In this document: one piece after another, positions 1 to 10,670 of the stretch
Numbering within the stretch: position 1 is the first letter of the stretch
How the letters are laid out: every line of letters begins with the position of its first letter
Assembly: GCA_963827275.1 (NCBI GenBank)
Contig: CAWHAA010000005.1
Span: forward strand, 544,001-608,000
Direction of reading: 5' to 3'
Length of the DNA stretch: 64,000 bases
Source of the DNA: an uncultured Spirochaetota bacterium
Lineage (GTDB): Bacteria; Spirochaetota; UBA4802; UBA5550
Notes under the pieces: generated by a model
What the model saw: only the letters and a program-made list of their open reading frames with translations
Told to the model about the DNA's origin: nothing
Database searches by the model: none
Translations under genes and position numbers: made by a program

Positions 1-776
1 TTCATGCTTGGATACATCGTCATGAAGGGCTACTCCGCCATATCCTGGGAGTTCATCACGGAAATGCCGCCGAACGAAATGACCAACGGCGGCATCTTCC
101 CGGCCATACTCGGCACCTTCTACCTGATGATCGGGTCCGCGCTGGTGTCGATACCGATCGGCATCATCACCGCGATTTACCTGACCGAGTACGCCAGCAG
201 TCCCCGCGCTCGTGAAAGCGATCCGCCTCGGCGTGAGCAACCTGGCCGGGGTGCCCTCGGTGGTCTTCGGCCTCTTCGGCCTGGCCCTGTTCGTCGTCTT
301 TCTCGACTTCGGCACCTCCATCATCGCGGGCTCACTTACGCTCGGCGATGCTCAACCTCCCGGTGATCATCCGCTCCACCGAGGAGGCGCTCATGACGGT
401 GCCGATGACCTACCGCGAGGCGTCTCTCTCGCTGGGCGCGACCCAGCTGCAGACCATATTCAGGATCGTGCTCCCGAACGCGCTGCCCGGCATACTCACC
501 GGCGTCATGCTCTCGCTCGGCCGCGCCGCGGGCGAGACCGCGCCGATCATGTTCACCGCCGCGTCCTACTACGCGCCCGACCTGCCCGCGTCCATCTTCA
601 GCGAGGTCATGGCACTGCCGTACCATATCTACGTCATGGCCACGGCGGGAACGCATATCCAGGAAACACGCCACCTCCAGTACGGCACCGCCATCGTCCT
701 CATACTGCTCGTCCTCGCGCTTAATTCGATCGGGCTCGTGCTGCGCTACCGCTTCAGGAAACGGCTCAAGGGATAA
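1..776 (+). CDS. pstA: Phosphate ABC transporter permease PstA (5'-truncated; apparent frameshifts near 210 and 345)
   Basis: Three overlapping ORF pieces give [10 protein letters not shown]..., [13 protein letters not shown] and [10 protein letters not shown]...GRAAGETAP, all PstA signatures. Confidence 0.9.
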
Positions 777-946
777 ACGTCCCGACGTTATGCAGCAATA
801 TGCCAGTTTTTTTCAGGTTTCATCAGACTGAAAAATTTATTTATGCAAATCATCGACATTAATATTGACTTATTAGGCCATATAAATAAGTATACTCCCG
901 TGATTTTACAGACCCATAATCAGAATAATCACAAGGAGTTCCGCCG

Positions 947-1572
947 ATGGCATTCAAGTTTATTCCCCAGGAAGTCAAATTTTTCGATATGTTTGACCAG
1001 CAGGCGGCAAAGATAAATATCGCCGCGGAAACCTTTAAAGACCTGGCATCGAAGGGAAAATGGGACGATGAAGGCATCACCGTCATGCGCGATCTCGAGC
1101 ATGAATGCGATTCCATCACCCACGACATCATAGACAAGCTGAACAGGACATTCATAACCCCGTTCGACCGCGAGGACATCCACCAGCTGGCCCACGAGCT
1201 GGACAACGTGGTGGACATGCTCTATACCACGTCGAAGCGGCTCCGCCTCTACAAGCTCAAGACCGTCAACCAGGACCTGATCCAGTTTTCCGAGCTCATC
1301 GTGCATTCGGTGAACGCCCTGGGCAAGGGATCAACGCCATGCGAAACCATAAAAACCCGAAGGACGTGTACGACGCCTGCATTGAAGTCAACCAGATCGA
1401 GAACAAGGGCGACCAGCTCAGGGACGCGATCATCCTCAAGCTTTTCGACCACACGAAAGACCCCATAAAGATAATCAAATGGAAGGAGATTTTCGAGAGC
1501 GTCGAAACAGTGCTCGATATCTGCGAGGACATCGCCAACGTGATGGAATCAATCCTCGTTAAACAGGGTTGA
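947..1572 (+). CDS. DUF47 / PhoU-like phosphate transport regulator (apparent frameshift near 1328)
   Basis: MAFKFIP..FFDMF, LEHECDSITHDI, TFITPFDREDI, then ENKGDQ and IIKWKEIFE in the next frame; sits directly upstream of pit. Confidence 0.88.
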
Positions 1573-2575
1573 TGATGGACTATCTATAGTCGTATTCCTG
1601 ATATTCCTCGCGCTGCTGTTCGACTTTCTCAACGGGTTTCACGACGCCGCAAACTCGATAGCGACGGTCGTGTCAACCGGGTGCTTTCGCCCCGCTACGC
1701 GGTCGCGTGGGCCGCGTTTTTCAATTTCATCGCCTTTCTCTTTTTCGGTCTCCACGTGGCGGGCACCATCGGCAAGGGCATCATCGACATCAGCATCATG
1801 GACAAGGACCTGATACATGGCCACCCTGGTCGCCGCCTGCTCGTGGGACGTGATCACCTGGTACTTCGGACTGCCCACCAGCTCCTCACACGCGCTCATG
1901 GGAGGCCTTATCGGCGCGGCGCTGGTGAAGGCGGGCGTAAAGGGACTTATCTGGTCCGGCATACTCAAGACCATAGCGTTCATATTCATATCCCCGATCC
2001 TGGGGCTGCTGCTCGGGCTTGTCCTGGGAACTATCGTATACCGCATATTCAAGAATTTCGCACCGACCCAGGTTGACAAATATTTCCGTAAAGGGCAGCT
2101 CGTATCCGCGGCACTCTACAGCCTGGGCCACGGCGGCAACGACGCCCAGAAAACCATGGGGATCATCGCGGGCCTTCTCGTCAGTACGGGCATCATCACC
2201 ATCGCGCCCGGCCAGTCCCTCCAGGACTCGATCCCGCTCTGGGTGGTACTCTCCTGCCAGGGCGCCATAGCGCTGGGCACCATGAGCGGCGGCTGGCGCA
2301 TCGTGAAGACGATGGGCCAGAAGGTGACAAAACTCCGGCCGGTTGACGGCTTCTGCGCGGAATCGGCCGCGGCCATGACGCTCTACTTCTCGACATTTCT
2401 CGGTGTGCCGGTGAGCACCACCCATACCATCACCGGGTCCATCATGGGCGTCGGCGCCATGAGGCGGTTTAACGCGGTGCGCTGGGGCGTCGCCGGCCAG
2501 ATCGTCTGGGCCTGGGTGCTCACCATACCCTTCTCCGCCGCCATTTCGGCGATCACCTATTTCATCGTTTCCTGA
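1572..2575 (+). CDS. pit: PiT family inorganic phosphate transporter (apparent indels near 1575, 1680 and 1817)
   Basis: FDFLNGFHDAANSIAT at about 1620-1665, GLPTSSSHAL, HGGNDAQKTMG, PVSTTH. Confidence 0.9.
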
Positions 2576-2623
2576 CGGCGCCGCGCCAGGGCGCGCGGCG
2601 TGAAGGCGGGCAACCGGCAGCAA

Positions 2624-4357
2624 TCATGCCTCGATGATGAACTTCGTCCCCGTGGACGAGGAAGACAACCGTATTCTCCACCCGAGTATCTCGGCGGCGT
2701 GCTTGACTATTGACAGCCCGAGGCCGGTGCCGCCGGTGGCGCGGGACCTGCTCTTGTCTACCCGGTAAAAGCGCTCGAAGATGCGGTCCATGGATTCCTC
2801 GGGGATCCCGATGCCCGTATCCACGACGGCGACCGTGACCCGGTCCCCCGACCGCTCCATGTCCACGGAGATGGTCCCCCCCTCGATGTTATAATTGATG
2901 GCGTTGTTGATCAGATTGAAAAATATCTCCTCCGCGAGGAAACGGTTCCCGGGGACCCGGGCGCTCTGGCCATCGGTATTGAACCGTATCGTTATGCTCT
3001 TTTTCTGCGCACCGGGCCCAAGGATGTCTATGCAGGAGCGGATGATCTCCCTGAGGTCGATAAACTCCGTGCCGAATTCCCTCGACGTTTCAAGCCGGTT
3101 TAATTTTAATATGTCGTTGATGAGGGCCCCCTGGCGGTCCACGTTGGCGAGGGCCTTTTGCAGCAGCTCTTTCGTCATGGCCGGGTCGTCCAGGTGCGGC
3201 TCCATCGTTTCAAGATATCCTTTCAGGATCGCGATGGGGGTCTTGAGCTCATGGGACATGTTGCCCACCAGGTCGGTCTTCATCTGCTCGATCCTCTTTT
3301 TCTCCGTGGTGTCATGCAGGACGATGAGGATGCCCCCCAGCGACTGCTCGCCCGCGATCGGGTTTATGAACACGTCGCAGTTCCTGCCGTTCAGAAAATG
3401 CTCTTCAAAGGCGGCCGCCGTCCCGGTCGCATGCGATTGCTCGATCCGCGCGTTCAGGTTCCTGTTCCTGATCGCTTCAAAAAAAAGCCTGCCCACCACG
3501 TCGGTATCGACATCCAGGAGCGCCTTGAAGGCCCTGTTGGCGACCAGTATCCGCCTGTCGCGGCCGACCACCGCGATCCCGTCGTTGATGCTCTCAATCG
3601 TCTTTTCAAGCTTGTTCTGCTCGAACATGAGGGAGTTGATTTTTTCAACAACCGTGTCAGCAAGCCTGTTCAGGGCCTTCTGCAGCGTGCCGATTTCGTC
3701 ATCGCTGTAGTTCGGTATCCTCCGTGAGAAATCGCCGCTTGAAAAATCCCGCGCGAAGCTCATGGTCTCGTTGATGGGCCTGGTGATCCTCCGGGATATG
3801 ACAATGACGACCAGCGACGAGAGCGCCAGCGCCAGCGCGCCGGCGGCCAGGATATAACGCCGGAGCGTCGCGATGCTCTCGTTTACCTCGCGGAGCGGTT
3901 TTGCGAGCCTGATGATCTCTACGTCGGATTTTTTTGCCATGTAGAGCATGTCGGTATTGAGGGTGCCGCTGTAGCGTATGCTCGCGCCCGTGCCGAGGGC
4001 AAGGGCGTCCTTTATCTCGATCCGGTAGCGGTGGTTGTCCATGACATCGATATTCGTATAATCCGAATCCGCTATGACCCTGCCGCTGAAATCGACCAGG
4101 GTGATCCGCTGGCGGACGATGGCGGCAAGCTTACCTATCTGCTCCTCGCGGTCCGCCGTCGCGCCGGCAAGGTAGCGGCGAGGGGCGTTACGGACTTCCA
4201 GCTCGATGAAATTTATCTTTTCAGCCATTTCACGCTTGAGGATCGTGATATGATATTCCCGTATATGGCCAATGATGAGGAACAGGAGCACGACGACGAG
4301 GGCGGCGATGAGGGCGATGTAGGAGAGTATGATCCGGTTGCCGATTTTTTTCAACAT
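2624..4357 (-). CDS. phoR: Phosphate regulon sensor histidine kinase (HAMP, PAS, HisKA, HATPase)
   Basis: SHELKTP H-box, NAINYN, DTGIGI, FYRVDKSRSRATGGTGLGL; follows phoB. Confidence 0.88.
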   Translation of the reverse strand: MLKKIGNRIILSYIALIAALVVVLLFLIIGHIREYHITILKREMAEKINFIELEVRNAPRRYLAGATADREEQIGKLAAIVRQRITLVDFSGRVIADSDYTNIDVMDNHRYRIEIKDALALGTGASIRYSGTLNTDMLYMAKKSDVEIIRLAKPLREVNESIATLRRYILAAGALALALSSLVVIVISRRITRPINETMSFARDFSSGDFSRRIPNYSDDEIGTLQKALNRLADTVVEKINSLMFEQNKLEKTIESINDGIAVVGRDRRILVANRAFKALLDVDTDVVGRLFFEAIRNRNLNARIEQSHATGTAAAFEEHFLNGRNCDVFINPIAGEQSLGGILIVLHDTTEKKRIEQMKTDLVGNMSHELKTPIAILKGYLETMEPHLDDPAMTKELLQKALANVDRQGALINDILKLNRLETSREFGTEFIDLREIIRSCIDILGPGAQKKSITIRFNTDGQSARVPGNRFLAEEIFFNLINNAINYNIEGGTISVDMERSGDRVTVAVVDTGIGIPEESMDRIFERFYRVDKSRSRATGGTGLGLSIVKHAAEILGWRIRLSSSSTGTKFIIEA

Positions 4358-4365
4358 GGCCGCGC

Positions 4366-5055
4366 CTATTTCTTGAAGCCGTAACCGACGCCCGAAAACG
4401 TTTTTATCACGTTCTTGTACGGGCCCAGTTTTTTCCTGAGGTTCATGATATGCACGTCAATGGTGCGGTCGATGACGTACACGTCCTGCCCCTTGATGCT
4501 GTCGATGATATTGTCCCGGGTGAAGATCTTTCCCGGATTGGCGAGGAGGAGGCGGAGTATTTCAAATTCGGTTTTGGTCAGGTCAACGCCGCCCCCGTCC
4601 ACCGTCAGGCTGTAGTGGTCCGGGTTAAGCTCGATCCCCTCATGCACGAGGAGACGCGGCGCCGCCTCGCCGCCTTCCGCGCGCGACATCCGCCGGAACA
4701 TCGCCTTGACCCTGGACTTGAGCTCCTTAACGCTGAACGGCTTGGTCATGTAGTCGTCGCCGCCCATTTCAAGCCCCAGGACCTTGTCGATTTCATCAGA
4801 CCTGGCTGAGAGGAATATTATCGGTATCTTCGCGCAATGCTCCCCCGCGCGGACCCTTCGACAGAACTCGAATCCATCGATACCGGGCATCATGATATCA
4901 AGTATGATAAGGTCGGGCAGGTTCGTTTCCAGGGCCCGGAGGGCCGCTTCCCCCGTCGAAAAACAGAAGATTTCATGGCCCTCGTCACTGAGGTTGATCT
5001 TGATGATATCCTGGATATCTTTTTCATCATCTATGACGAATATTTTTTTTGACAT
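4366..5055 (-). CDS. phoB: OmpR-family response regulator PhoB/PhoP
   Basis: Receiver domain (IDDE, LDIMMPG, KPF) plus winged helix (RTIDVHI, GVGY); lies between phoU and phoR. Confidence 0.88.
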   Translation of the reverse strand: MSKKIFVIDDEKDIQDIIKINLSDEGHEIFCFSTGEAALRALETNLPDLIILDIMMPGIDGFEFCRRVRAGEHCAKIPIIFLSARSDEIDKVLGLEMGGDDYMTKPFSVKELKSRVKAMFRRMSRAEGGEAAPRLLVHEGIELNPDHYSLTVDGGGVDLTKTEFEILRLLLANPGKIFTRDNIIDSIKGQDVYVIDRTIDVHIMNLRKKLGPYKNVIKTFSGVGYGFKK

Positions 5056-5085
5056 GCCGGCTCTTCTATTAATATTTGTAGCATT

Positions 5086-5742
5086 CTACTCGTCCGCGTG
5101 CCGGATGTCAATCCCTTCAATATAATAAATCGCCCGTTCCGCGATATTGGTAACATGGTCGCCGATGCGCTCCAGCGCCTTGGCGACCATGATGAGGCCC
5201 AGGGCCTGGGATATATTGTGGGCATCCTCGGCCATATACGTGAAGAGCTCCCTGTACACCTGCATATTCAGGGTATCGATATCATGATCACGCGCGATCA
5301 CCCCCCGCGCCCGTTCAGCGTCCCGCTCGGTTATGGCGGTAAAAACGTCGCGGAGCATGCCGGTGGCGATCTCCATCATGCGCGGTATGTCCACCAGCGG
5401 CTTCATGGGAGGGCGGCCATGGAGGTTGATGGCCTCGTTCGCTATGTTCGTGGAAAGGTCGCCGATGCGCTCGAGGTCGGTATTGATCTTGAGCATGGCC
5501 AGGACAAACCGGAGGTGTACCGCCGCAGGCTGCCGGGTAACCAGCACTTTTATGCACTCGTTGTCGATCTCCACTTCGAGGCTGTCAAGCAGCGTATCAT
5601 CGCGCAGCACGCTGCGGGCAAGGTCGCTGTTCGAATCCTTCAGGGCCTGGACCGCCCCGGCGACGGACTCGATGGCCAGGTCCGCCATTTCAAACACTTT
5701 CGATTTTATGTTTTCGAGCTCCTGCTCAAGATGGGTCGCCAT
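5086..5742 (-). CDS. phoU: Phosphate signalling protein PhoU
   Basis: QPAA.HLR and two LERIGD motifs. Confidence 0.95.
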   Translation of the reverse strand: MATHLEQELENIKSKVFEMADLAIESVAGAVQALKDSNSDLARSVLRDDTLLDSLEVEIDNECIKVLVTRQPAAVHLRFVLAMLKINTDLERIGDLSTNIANEAINLHGRPPMKPLVDIPRMMEIATGMLRDVFTAITERDAERARGVIARDHDIDTLNMQVYRELFTYMAEDAHNISQALGLIMVAKALERIGDHVTNIAERAIYYIEGIDIRHADE

Positions 5743-5798
5743 TGGCTCCTCCCTGTTGTGAAATCATCGGGCGCGGCCCCATGTCCGCGCCTTCAATC

Positions 5799-6554
5799 TT
5801 ACCCGAACTTGCCGGTAATATAATTCTCCGTCATCTCTATGTCCGGTTTTGTAAATATCTTTTCAGTCGGATTGACCTCAATAAGATCTCCCAGATAAAA
5901 AAATGCCGTTTCGTCGCTCACCCGCGCGGCCTGCTGCATATTGTGGGTCACGATAATGATGGTATAGTTCTTCTTGAGATCCTGTATCAGCTCTTCGATC
6001 TTCTGGGTGGAGATGGGATCGAGCGCGGAGGCCGGCTCGTCCATCAGTATCACCTCCGGCTGGACCGCGATGGTGCGGGCGATGCAGAGCCGCTGCTGCT
6101 GCCCGCCGGACAGGCCCAGCGCCGATTCGTCGAGGCGGTCTTTCACCTCGTCCCACAGGGCCGTGCTCTTCAGCGACTTCTCAACCGTGCTCTCGATCTC
6201 ATATTTGTCCCTGACTCCGTTGATCTTGAGCCCATAGGCGATATTCTCGAAAATCGATTTGGGGAACGGGTTGGACTTCTGGAACACCATCCCCACCCGC
6301 CGGCGCAGGCCTGTCACGTTGAATTTCGGGTGATAGATGGAATCGCCATCGATGCTGATGTCTCCATCGACACGCGTATTCGGGATAATGTCGTTCATGC
6401 GGTTGATGCATCTGAGAAACGTGGACTTGCCGCACCCCGACGGTCCTATCAGGGCAAGCACGGTATTGCTTTTAACCGTCAGGGTGATGTTTTTTATCGC
6501 CGGCGTGCTGCCGTAATAAAAGGTAAGGTTATCGGCCTTGATTTTTTCTGCCAT
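5799..6554 (-). CDS. pstB: Phosphate ABC transporter ATPase PstB (alternative start 6575)
   Basis: [45 protein letters not shown]. Confidence 0.96.
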   Translation of the reverse strand: MAEKIKADNLTFYYGSTPAIKNITLTVKSNTVLALIGPSGCGKSTFLRCINRMNDIIPNTRVDGDISIDGDSIYHPKFNVTGLRRRVGMVFQKSNPFPKSIFENIAYGLKINGVRDKYEIESTVEKSLKSTALWDEVKDRLDESALGLSGGQQQRLCIARTIAVQPEVILMDEPASALDPISTQKIEELIQDLKKNYTIIIVTHNMQQAARVSDETAFFYLGDLIEVNPTEKIFTKPDIEMTENYITGKFG

Positions 6555-6620
6555 TGGATGAAAGAGTCCTTTCATTTATTCAATTTTCATATCGAATATC
6601 AGTATATTTCTTTAAATTAA

Positions 6621-6648
6621 TATAATAATATTATAAAGATTTTGTTAA
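6621..6648 (-). promoter_or_regulatory. Putative Pho box for the pstB-phoU-phoB-phoR operon
   Basis: Minus-strand hexamers TTAACA, TTTATA, ATTATA spaced exactly 11 bp apart. Confidence 0.6.
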
Positions 6649-6700
6649 GTTGCTCTGACCCCGGCTGATTTTACTCCAACCCGGGCCCTCCGGCCCAAAA

Positions 6701-6739
6701 TTCACATCGAATTAATGAAATCTTTATAAAAACTTTAAT
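6701..6739 (+). promoter_or_regulatory. Putative Pho box upstream of pstS
   Basis: Hexamers TTCACA (6701), TTAATG (6712), TTTATA (6723), TTTAAT (6734) at an 11-bp period. Confidence 0.6.
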
Positions 6740-6791
6740 TTCCGCCTTTATATTAGCGTCAAGAAACGCAACCAAAAACGGAGGATATACC

Positions 6792-7622
6792 ATGTATTCA
6801 AAAATCTTAAAATTTACGGTCTTCGCCCTGGCGGTAGTGCTGATGGCACTGGGGACCCAGGCATGCTCCAAAAGCAAGGGGAACCGGGTGACGGTCAAAG
6901 GTTCCACCACGGTGCTTCCCATAACACAGAAAGCGGCCGAGGCATTTAAAAAAGCGGAAAACATCTCGGTGACCGTCGAGGGGAGCGGGTCGGGAAACGG
7001 CATAAAAGCGCTTGTTGACAGCGGCTGCGACATTGCCAATTCCTCGCGCGAGATGAAGCCCGAAGAGAAAGAATCCGCGAAAAAGAAAGGAATCCAGGTC
7101 AAGGAGATCCTCGTCGCATACGACATGATCGTTCCTATCGTCCACCCTTCAAACCCGGTGAAGAACCTGACCATGGACCAGCTAAAAGCAATCTATGACG
7201 GGTCGATCAAGAACTGGAAGGAACTGGGCGGCACGGATGCGAACATTGTCGTGATATCCCGCGACACCAGCTCCGGCACCTATGAAATCTGGCACGAGAA
7301 GGTGATGAAAAAGGCCGACGTAAGGCCTGACGCGCTGCTCCAGGCTTCCAACGGCGCAATCGTGACCACGGTCGCGGGCAACCAGAAAGCCATCGGGTAT
7401 GTGGGGTTCGGCTATATAAACGAGAGCGTTCACGGCATAACCGTCAACAACGTGGCAGTCACCATTGAAAACGGGAAGACGGGGATGTTCCCGGTATCGA
7501 GGAAACTCTACATGTACATCAACGAAAAGAAGCTGTCGGAACAGGCAAATAAATTCATCGACTACCTTTTAGGTCCCGATGGACAGGCCCTGGTAAAGGA
7601 AGCGGGATACATTCCACTCTAA
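6792..7622 (+). CDS. pstS: Phosphate-binding lipoprotein PstS
   Basis: Lipobox TQAC, GSTTVLP, GSGNGI, SRDTSSGT; GAGGA RBS. Confidence 0.93.
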   Translation: MYSKILKFTVFALAVVLMALGTQACSKSKGNRVTVKGSTTVLPITQKAAEAFKKAENISVTVEGSGSGNGIKALVDSGCDIANSSREMKPEEKESAKKKGIQVKEILVAYDMIVPIVHPSNPVKNLTMDQLKAIYDGSIKNWKELGGTDANIVVISRDTSSGTYEIWHEKVMKKADVRPDALLQASNGAIVTTVAGNQKAIGYVGFGYINESVHGITVNNVAVTIENGKTGMFPVSRKLYMYINEKKLSEQANKFIDYLLGPDGQALVKEAGYIPL

Positions 7623-7646
7623 GCAATCAGCAACATACGATCTTCG

Positions 7647-7680
7647 GCCGGACCGACGGAACGTCAGCCCGGCTTTTTAT
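7647..7680 (+). terminator. Probable rho-independent terminator after pstS
   Basis: Imperfect GC stem GCCGG...CCGGC followed by TTTTT. Confidence 0.55.
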
Positions 7681-7743
7681 TCTTACGCTTCTTATATCAT
7701 ACTGCCTGTTACGTTGTCCCCCCGTTACGTGCGCGGCAATAAA

Positions 7744-7771
7744 TTAACAATATATTTGCACCGCCATAATA
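7744..7771 (+). promoter_or_regulatory. Putative Pho box upstream of the porin gene
   Basis: TTAACA, TTTGCA, ATAATA at 11-bp spacing. Confidence 0.5.
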
Positions 7772-7890
7772 TTTTCTTTATCGATCGATGAGCATACTAC
7801 CAGTGAACTTCATTGCATGCTGAACGCTGCGGCTCGCACCGCAGCACCAATGAATAAATTATTGAGAACACGATTATCAGGAGGTTTTTT

Positions 7891-9291
7891 ATGAAAAACA
7901 AAATGTTGAATCTGCTTGTCGCGGCTGCCGTCTCCCTGAGCAGCGGTGCTGTCCTCGCCCAGGACAAGCAGGAGAAGAAAGACGCGGACAATAAAGCAAA
8001 GATCGAAGATAAAAAAGAGGACAAGTCGATCGAGACGATCAAGGAGATTTACAAGCGCCTCGACGTCGGCGTGAAAATCTACATGGACTGGATCATGCAG
8101 TGGGGGCAGAAGGACGGCGCCTTTGACCGGGTCGTCAAGGGCGGCGACGGCGACAAAACGGCTACGGCCGGCTCGTCCAGGGCGAGGTCGGATTATTCAT
8201 CGAAAAACTCGAATGCCTTCCGGATTAACCGCGCGTACCTGGACTTCAGGTATAAAATCGCCGATTTCCTGAACGCGCGCGTGACGACTGACGTCGACGC
8301 GACGGCAACGCCTGCTGCAGACTCCAACGCGGCGTTCCACCTCTATCTGAAATACGCGTACCTTGAAGCGAAGAAGGACTTCGGGCCGGTAATGCTCTCC
8401 GCGACGGGCGGCATGATCGAAACGCCGGTCCTCGGACTCACCGACAAGATCAGCGACTATCGCTGGATCAGCCCGAATTATCTCGACCAGTCGAAAAACA
8501 TCCTGAACGGTAAAAGCTTTGATTCCTCCGCCGATGTCGGCGTCAAGGCTTCCATCGGACTCTTCAAGTATGTGACCCTGACCGCCGCCTTCACCAACGG
8601 CGGCGGCTACAAGGCCAACGAGGGCAACTCGTACAAGGCGTTCACCTACCTTGCGACGGTAACCCCCATGAAGTCGATTTATATCAGCGGGTTCGGACGC
8701 AACGAGATTACCGGCAAGTATGATTATACCGGCAAAAAGACAAAGAAGGAATATTACGGCTACGGGGTCGCCTATTCCACTGACCTGATCAAGGTCGGGG
8801 TGAATCATATCTTCCCCTACGAAACGACCGTAGGCACGGACTATACCAGCGGCTCCTTCGTAATAAATTATACCCCGGTCCTGAGGCGCGGGTACATGCT
8901 CATCGACGCGTGGCTCAATTTCAACCTGGGTGCGGCGGTCGAAAAAGCGCCCCTTCTCATCACCGGGCGTGTCGTGTACGGCCTCAGCCGCGGGTCTAAC
9001 AGCGTGGGAAGCATCAACATCGCCACGCCGTCGGTGACGCAGTCCACCGAAACCGGCAAGGAGCGTTCCACCCTCCTCTACGCGCTCGGCATCGGCTGGA
9101 AGGTAAACCAGAATTTCAGGATAATGGTCGGCGGTGAGCTGCAGAAATACTTCGTCAAAAAGGACAGGCTCTTACGGTACGCGGAGAGCAGCACGTCAAG
9201 CACTGACTGGTACGCCGGGCCGTTCTATGTCGGGTCACGCAACCCTAACGACACAAAGCGCGTGTATGCGAAGGCAGAGGTGAGTTTCTAG
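7891..9291 (+). CDS. Outer-membrane beta-barrel protein, putative phosphate-regulated porin
   Basis: Signal peptide, FRINRAYLDF and LKYAYLE porin-like motifs, amphipathic strands, C-terminal Phe; strong AGGAGG RBS. Confidence 0.65.
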   Translation: MKNKMLNLLVAAAVSLSSGAVLAQDKQEKKDADNKAKIEDKKEDKSIETIKEIYKRLDVGVKIYMDWIMQWGQKDGAFDRVVKGGDGDKTATAGSSRARSDYSSKNSNAFRINRAYLDFRYKIADFLNARVTTDVDATATPAADSNAAFHLYLKYAYLEAKKDFGPVMLSATGGMIETPVLGLTDKISDYRWISPNYLDQSKNILNGKSFDSSADVGVKASIGLFKYVTLTAAFTNGGGYKANEGNSYKAFTYLATVTPMKSIYISGFGRNEITGKYDYTGKKTKKEYYGYGVAYSTDLIKVGVNHIFPYETTVGTDYTSGSFVINYTPVLRRGYMLIDAWLNFNLGAAVEKAPLLITGRVVYGLSRGSNSVGSINIATPSVTQSTETGKERSTLLYALGIGWKVNQNFRIMVGGELQKYFVKKDRLLRYAESSTSSTDWYAGPFYVGSRNPNDTKRVYAKAEVSF

Positions 9292-9315
9292 CAAAAATCG
9301 ATCATACTGTTCAGG

Positions 9316-9341
9316 AAGGGCCCTTCGGGGCCCTTTTTTTT
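9316..9341 (+). terminator. Rho-independent terminator
   Basis: AAGGGCCC-TTCG-GGGCCC-TTTTTTTT. Confidence 0.9.
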
Positions 9342-9350
9342 CGGAATAGT

Positions 9351-9686
9351 GGGGTCAGAGTAAACGGCCGACCGATAGTTATCGGTATTCCAAGGGGTCA
9401 GAGTAAACGGCCGACCGATAGTTATCGGTATTCCGGGGGTCAGAGTAAACGGCTGACCGATAGTTATCGGTATTCCGGGGGGTCAGAGTAAACGGCCGAC
9501 CGATAGTTATCGGTATTCCGGTGGGTCAGAGTAAACGGCCGACCGATAGTTATCGGTATTCCGGGGGTCAGAGTAAACGGCCGACCGATAGTTATCGGTA
9601 TTCCGGGGGTCAGAGTAAACGGCTGACCGATAGTTATCGGTATTCCGGGGGGTCAGGGTAAACGCCTGACCGATAGTTATCGGTAT
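9351..9686 (+). repeat. Tandem array of 8 REP-like units (42-43 bp)
   Basis: Unit GGGGTCAGAGTAAACGGCYGACCGATAGTTATCGGTATTCC(GG) head-to-tail with no unique spacers; last unit degenerate. Confidence 0.95.
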
Positions 9687-9696
9687 CTGGCTCTGT

Positions 9697-10581
9697 CTAC
9701 CGCTTCCTTAATAGAAAATGAGCATCGCCGATATCCAGGTCGCTCCTGCCGGCGAACTTCCTGTTCATCCTGACCCGCGGGTACTCGTACGAGAGGGTCT
9801 TCTCCCATACAAGTTCAAGGCCGCTCCGGGCGAATATCCCGATATAATCGCCGTACCGCGCCCGGTTGGTATAGGTCACCGCTTCATCGGTGCAAAACCT
9901 GTCCCAGGTGAAATCGGAATATTTGTAAAAAAGAAAGGGATTGCCGAAAAAATGGAACTTGTCCTTGAGATCAACGACATGATACATCATGCCGCCGGCA
10001 TTCAGGAGGGACGACATTTTCTGGATATACTGTTCGAGTTCCCGTATGTGGTGGAGCACCGCGATGGAATATATGAAGTCCACTTTACGGTTGAGAGATA
10101 TGGACCGCAGGTCGCCGGGAATGAAGGTCATGAAATCGCGGTTCAGGTCGCCCGTTGCCTCATCGACGTACGGAAACGCCGTTACGTTGTTCCTGGATTT
10201 AAAAAACTCTATTTCATTTTTTATGTAGGCCTGCTGACGGTCGGTGTCGGCATAGCGGGGAAATTTATCGACCAGAATGACTTCACGCGCACCCGCGTGA
10301 AGGAAATTATAGGCGTTGATATACGAATTCCCCGGTCCAATCTCGAGAACGGTCTTCTGCTTCATGGAAAAACCGTATTTTTCCAGCGCGCCGGAAATCA
10401 GGCGGAAATAGCTGTTGAGCGACGCGTAATTGCTGTGATAGAGCCCCGGAAAAAAATAATCATACAGCCGGTATAAGCGCATCTTGCAGTAGAAAAAACG
10501 AATAATGAAATCGAACCGGTTGACAAGAAATCGCACCAACCGGTTGCCTTTTTTCACCGCGGTCATTCGCAACCTGCCCAT
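9697..10581 (-). CDS. Class I SAM-dependent methyltransferase
   Basis: VLEIGPG motif I, DFIYSIAVLHH. Confidence 0.8.
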   Translation of the reverse strand: MGRLRMTAVKKGNRLVRFLVNRFDFIIRFFYCKMRLYRLYDYFFPGLYHSNYASLNSYFRLISGALEKYGFSMKQKTVLEIGPGNSYINAYNFLHAGAREVILVDKFPRYADTDRQQAYIKNEIEFFKSRNNVTAFPYVDEATGDLNRDFMTFIPGDLRSISLNRKVDFIYSIAVLHHIRELEQYIQKMSSLLNAGGMMYHVVDLKDKFHFFGNPFLFYKYSDFTWDRFCTDEAVTYTNRARYGDYIGIFARSGLELVWEKTLSYEYPRVRMNRKFAGRSDLDIGDAHFLLRKR

Positions 10582-10670
10582 TCACATAAAAACAGAAACT
10601 CACAAACGCCATGGCGCATAATATGTCAACAACATTTACATCCAGGGCCGCGCGGTGTTTTCCCCACGTG

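Noticed and set aside
1..2575. Real pseudogenisation or programmed frameshifting of pstA, DUF47 and pit
   Set aside because: About six single-base indels cluster in the first 2 kb of otherwise well-conserved genes, with no in-frame decay; sequencing or assembly error is more likely.
9351..9686. CRISPR array
   Set aside because: Units are contiguous with no unique spacers, no cas genes are present, and the same motif is scattered intergenically like a REP.
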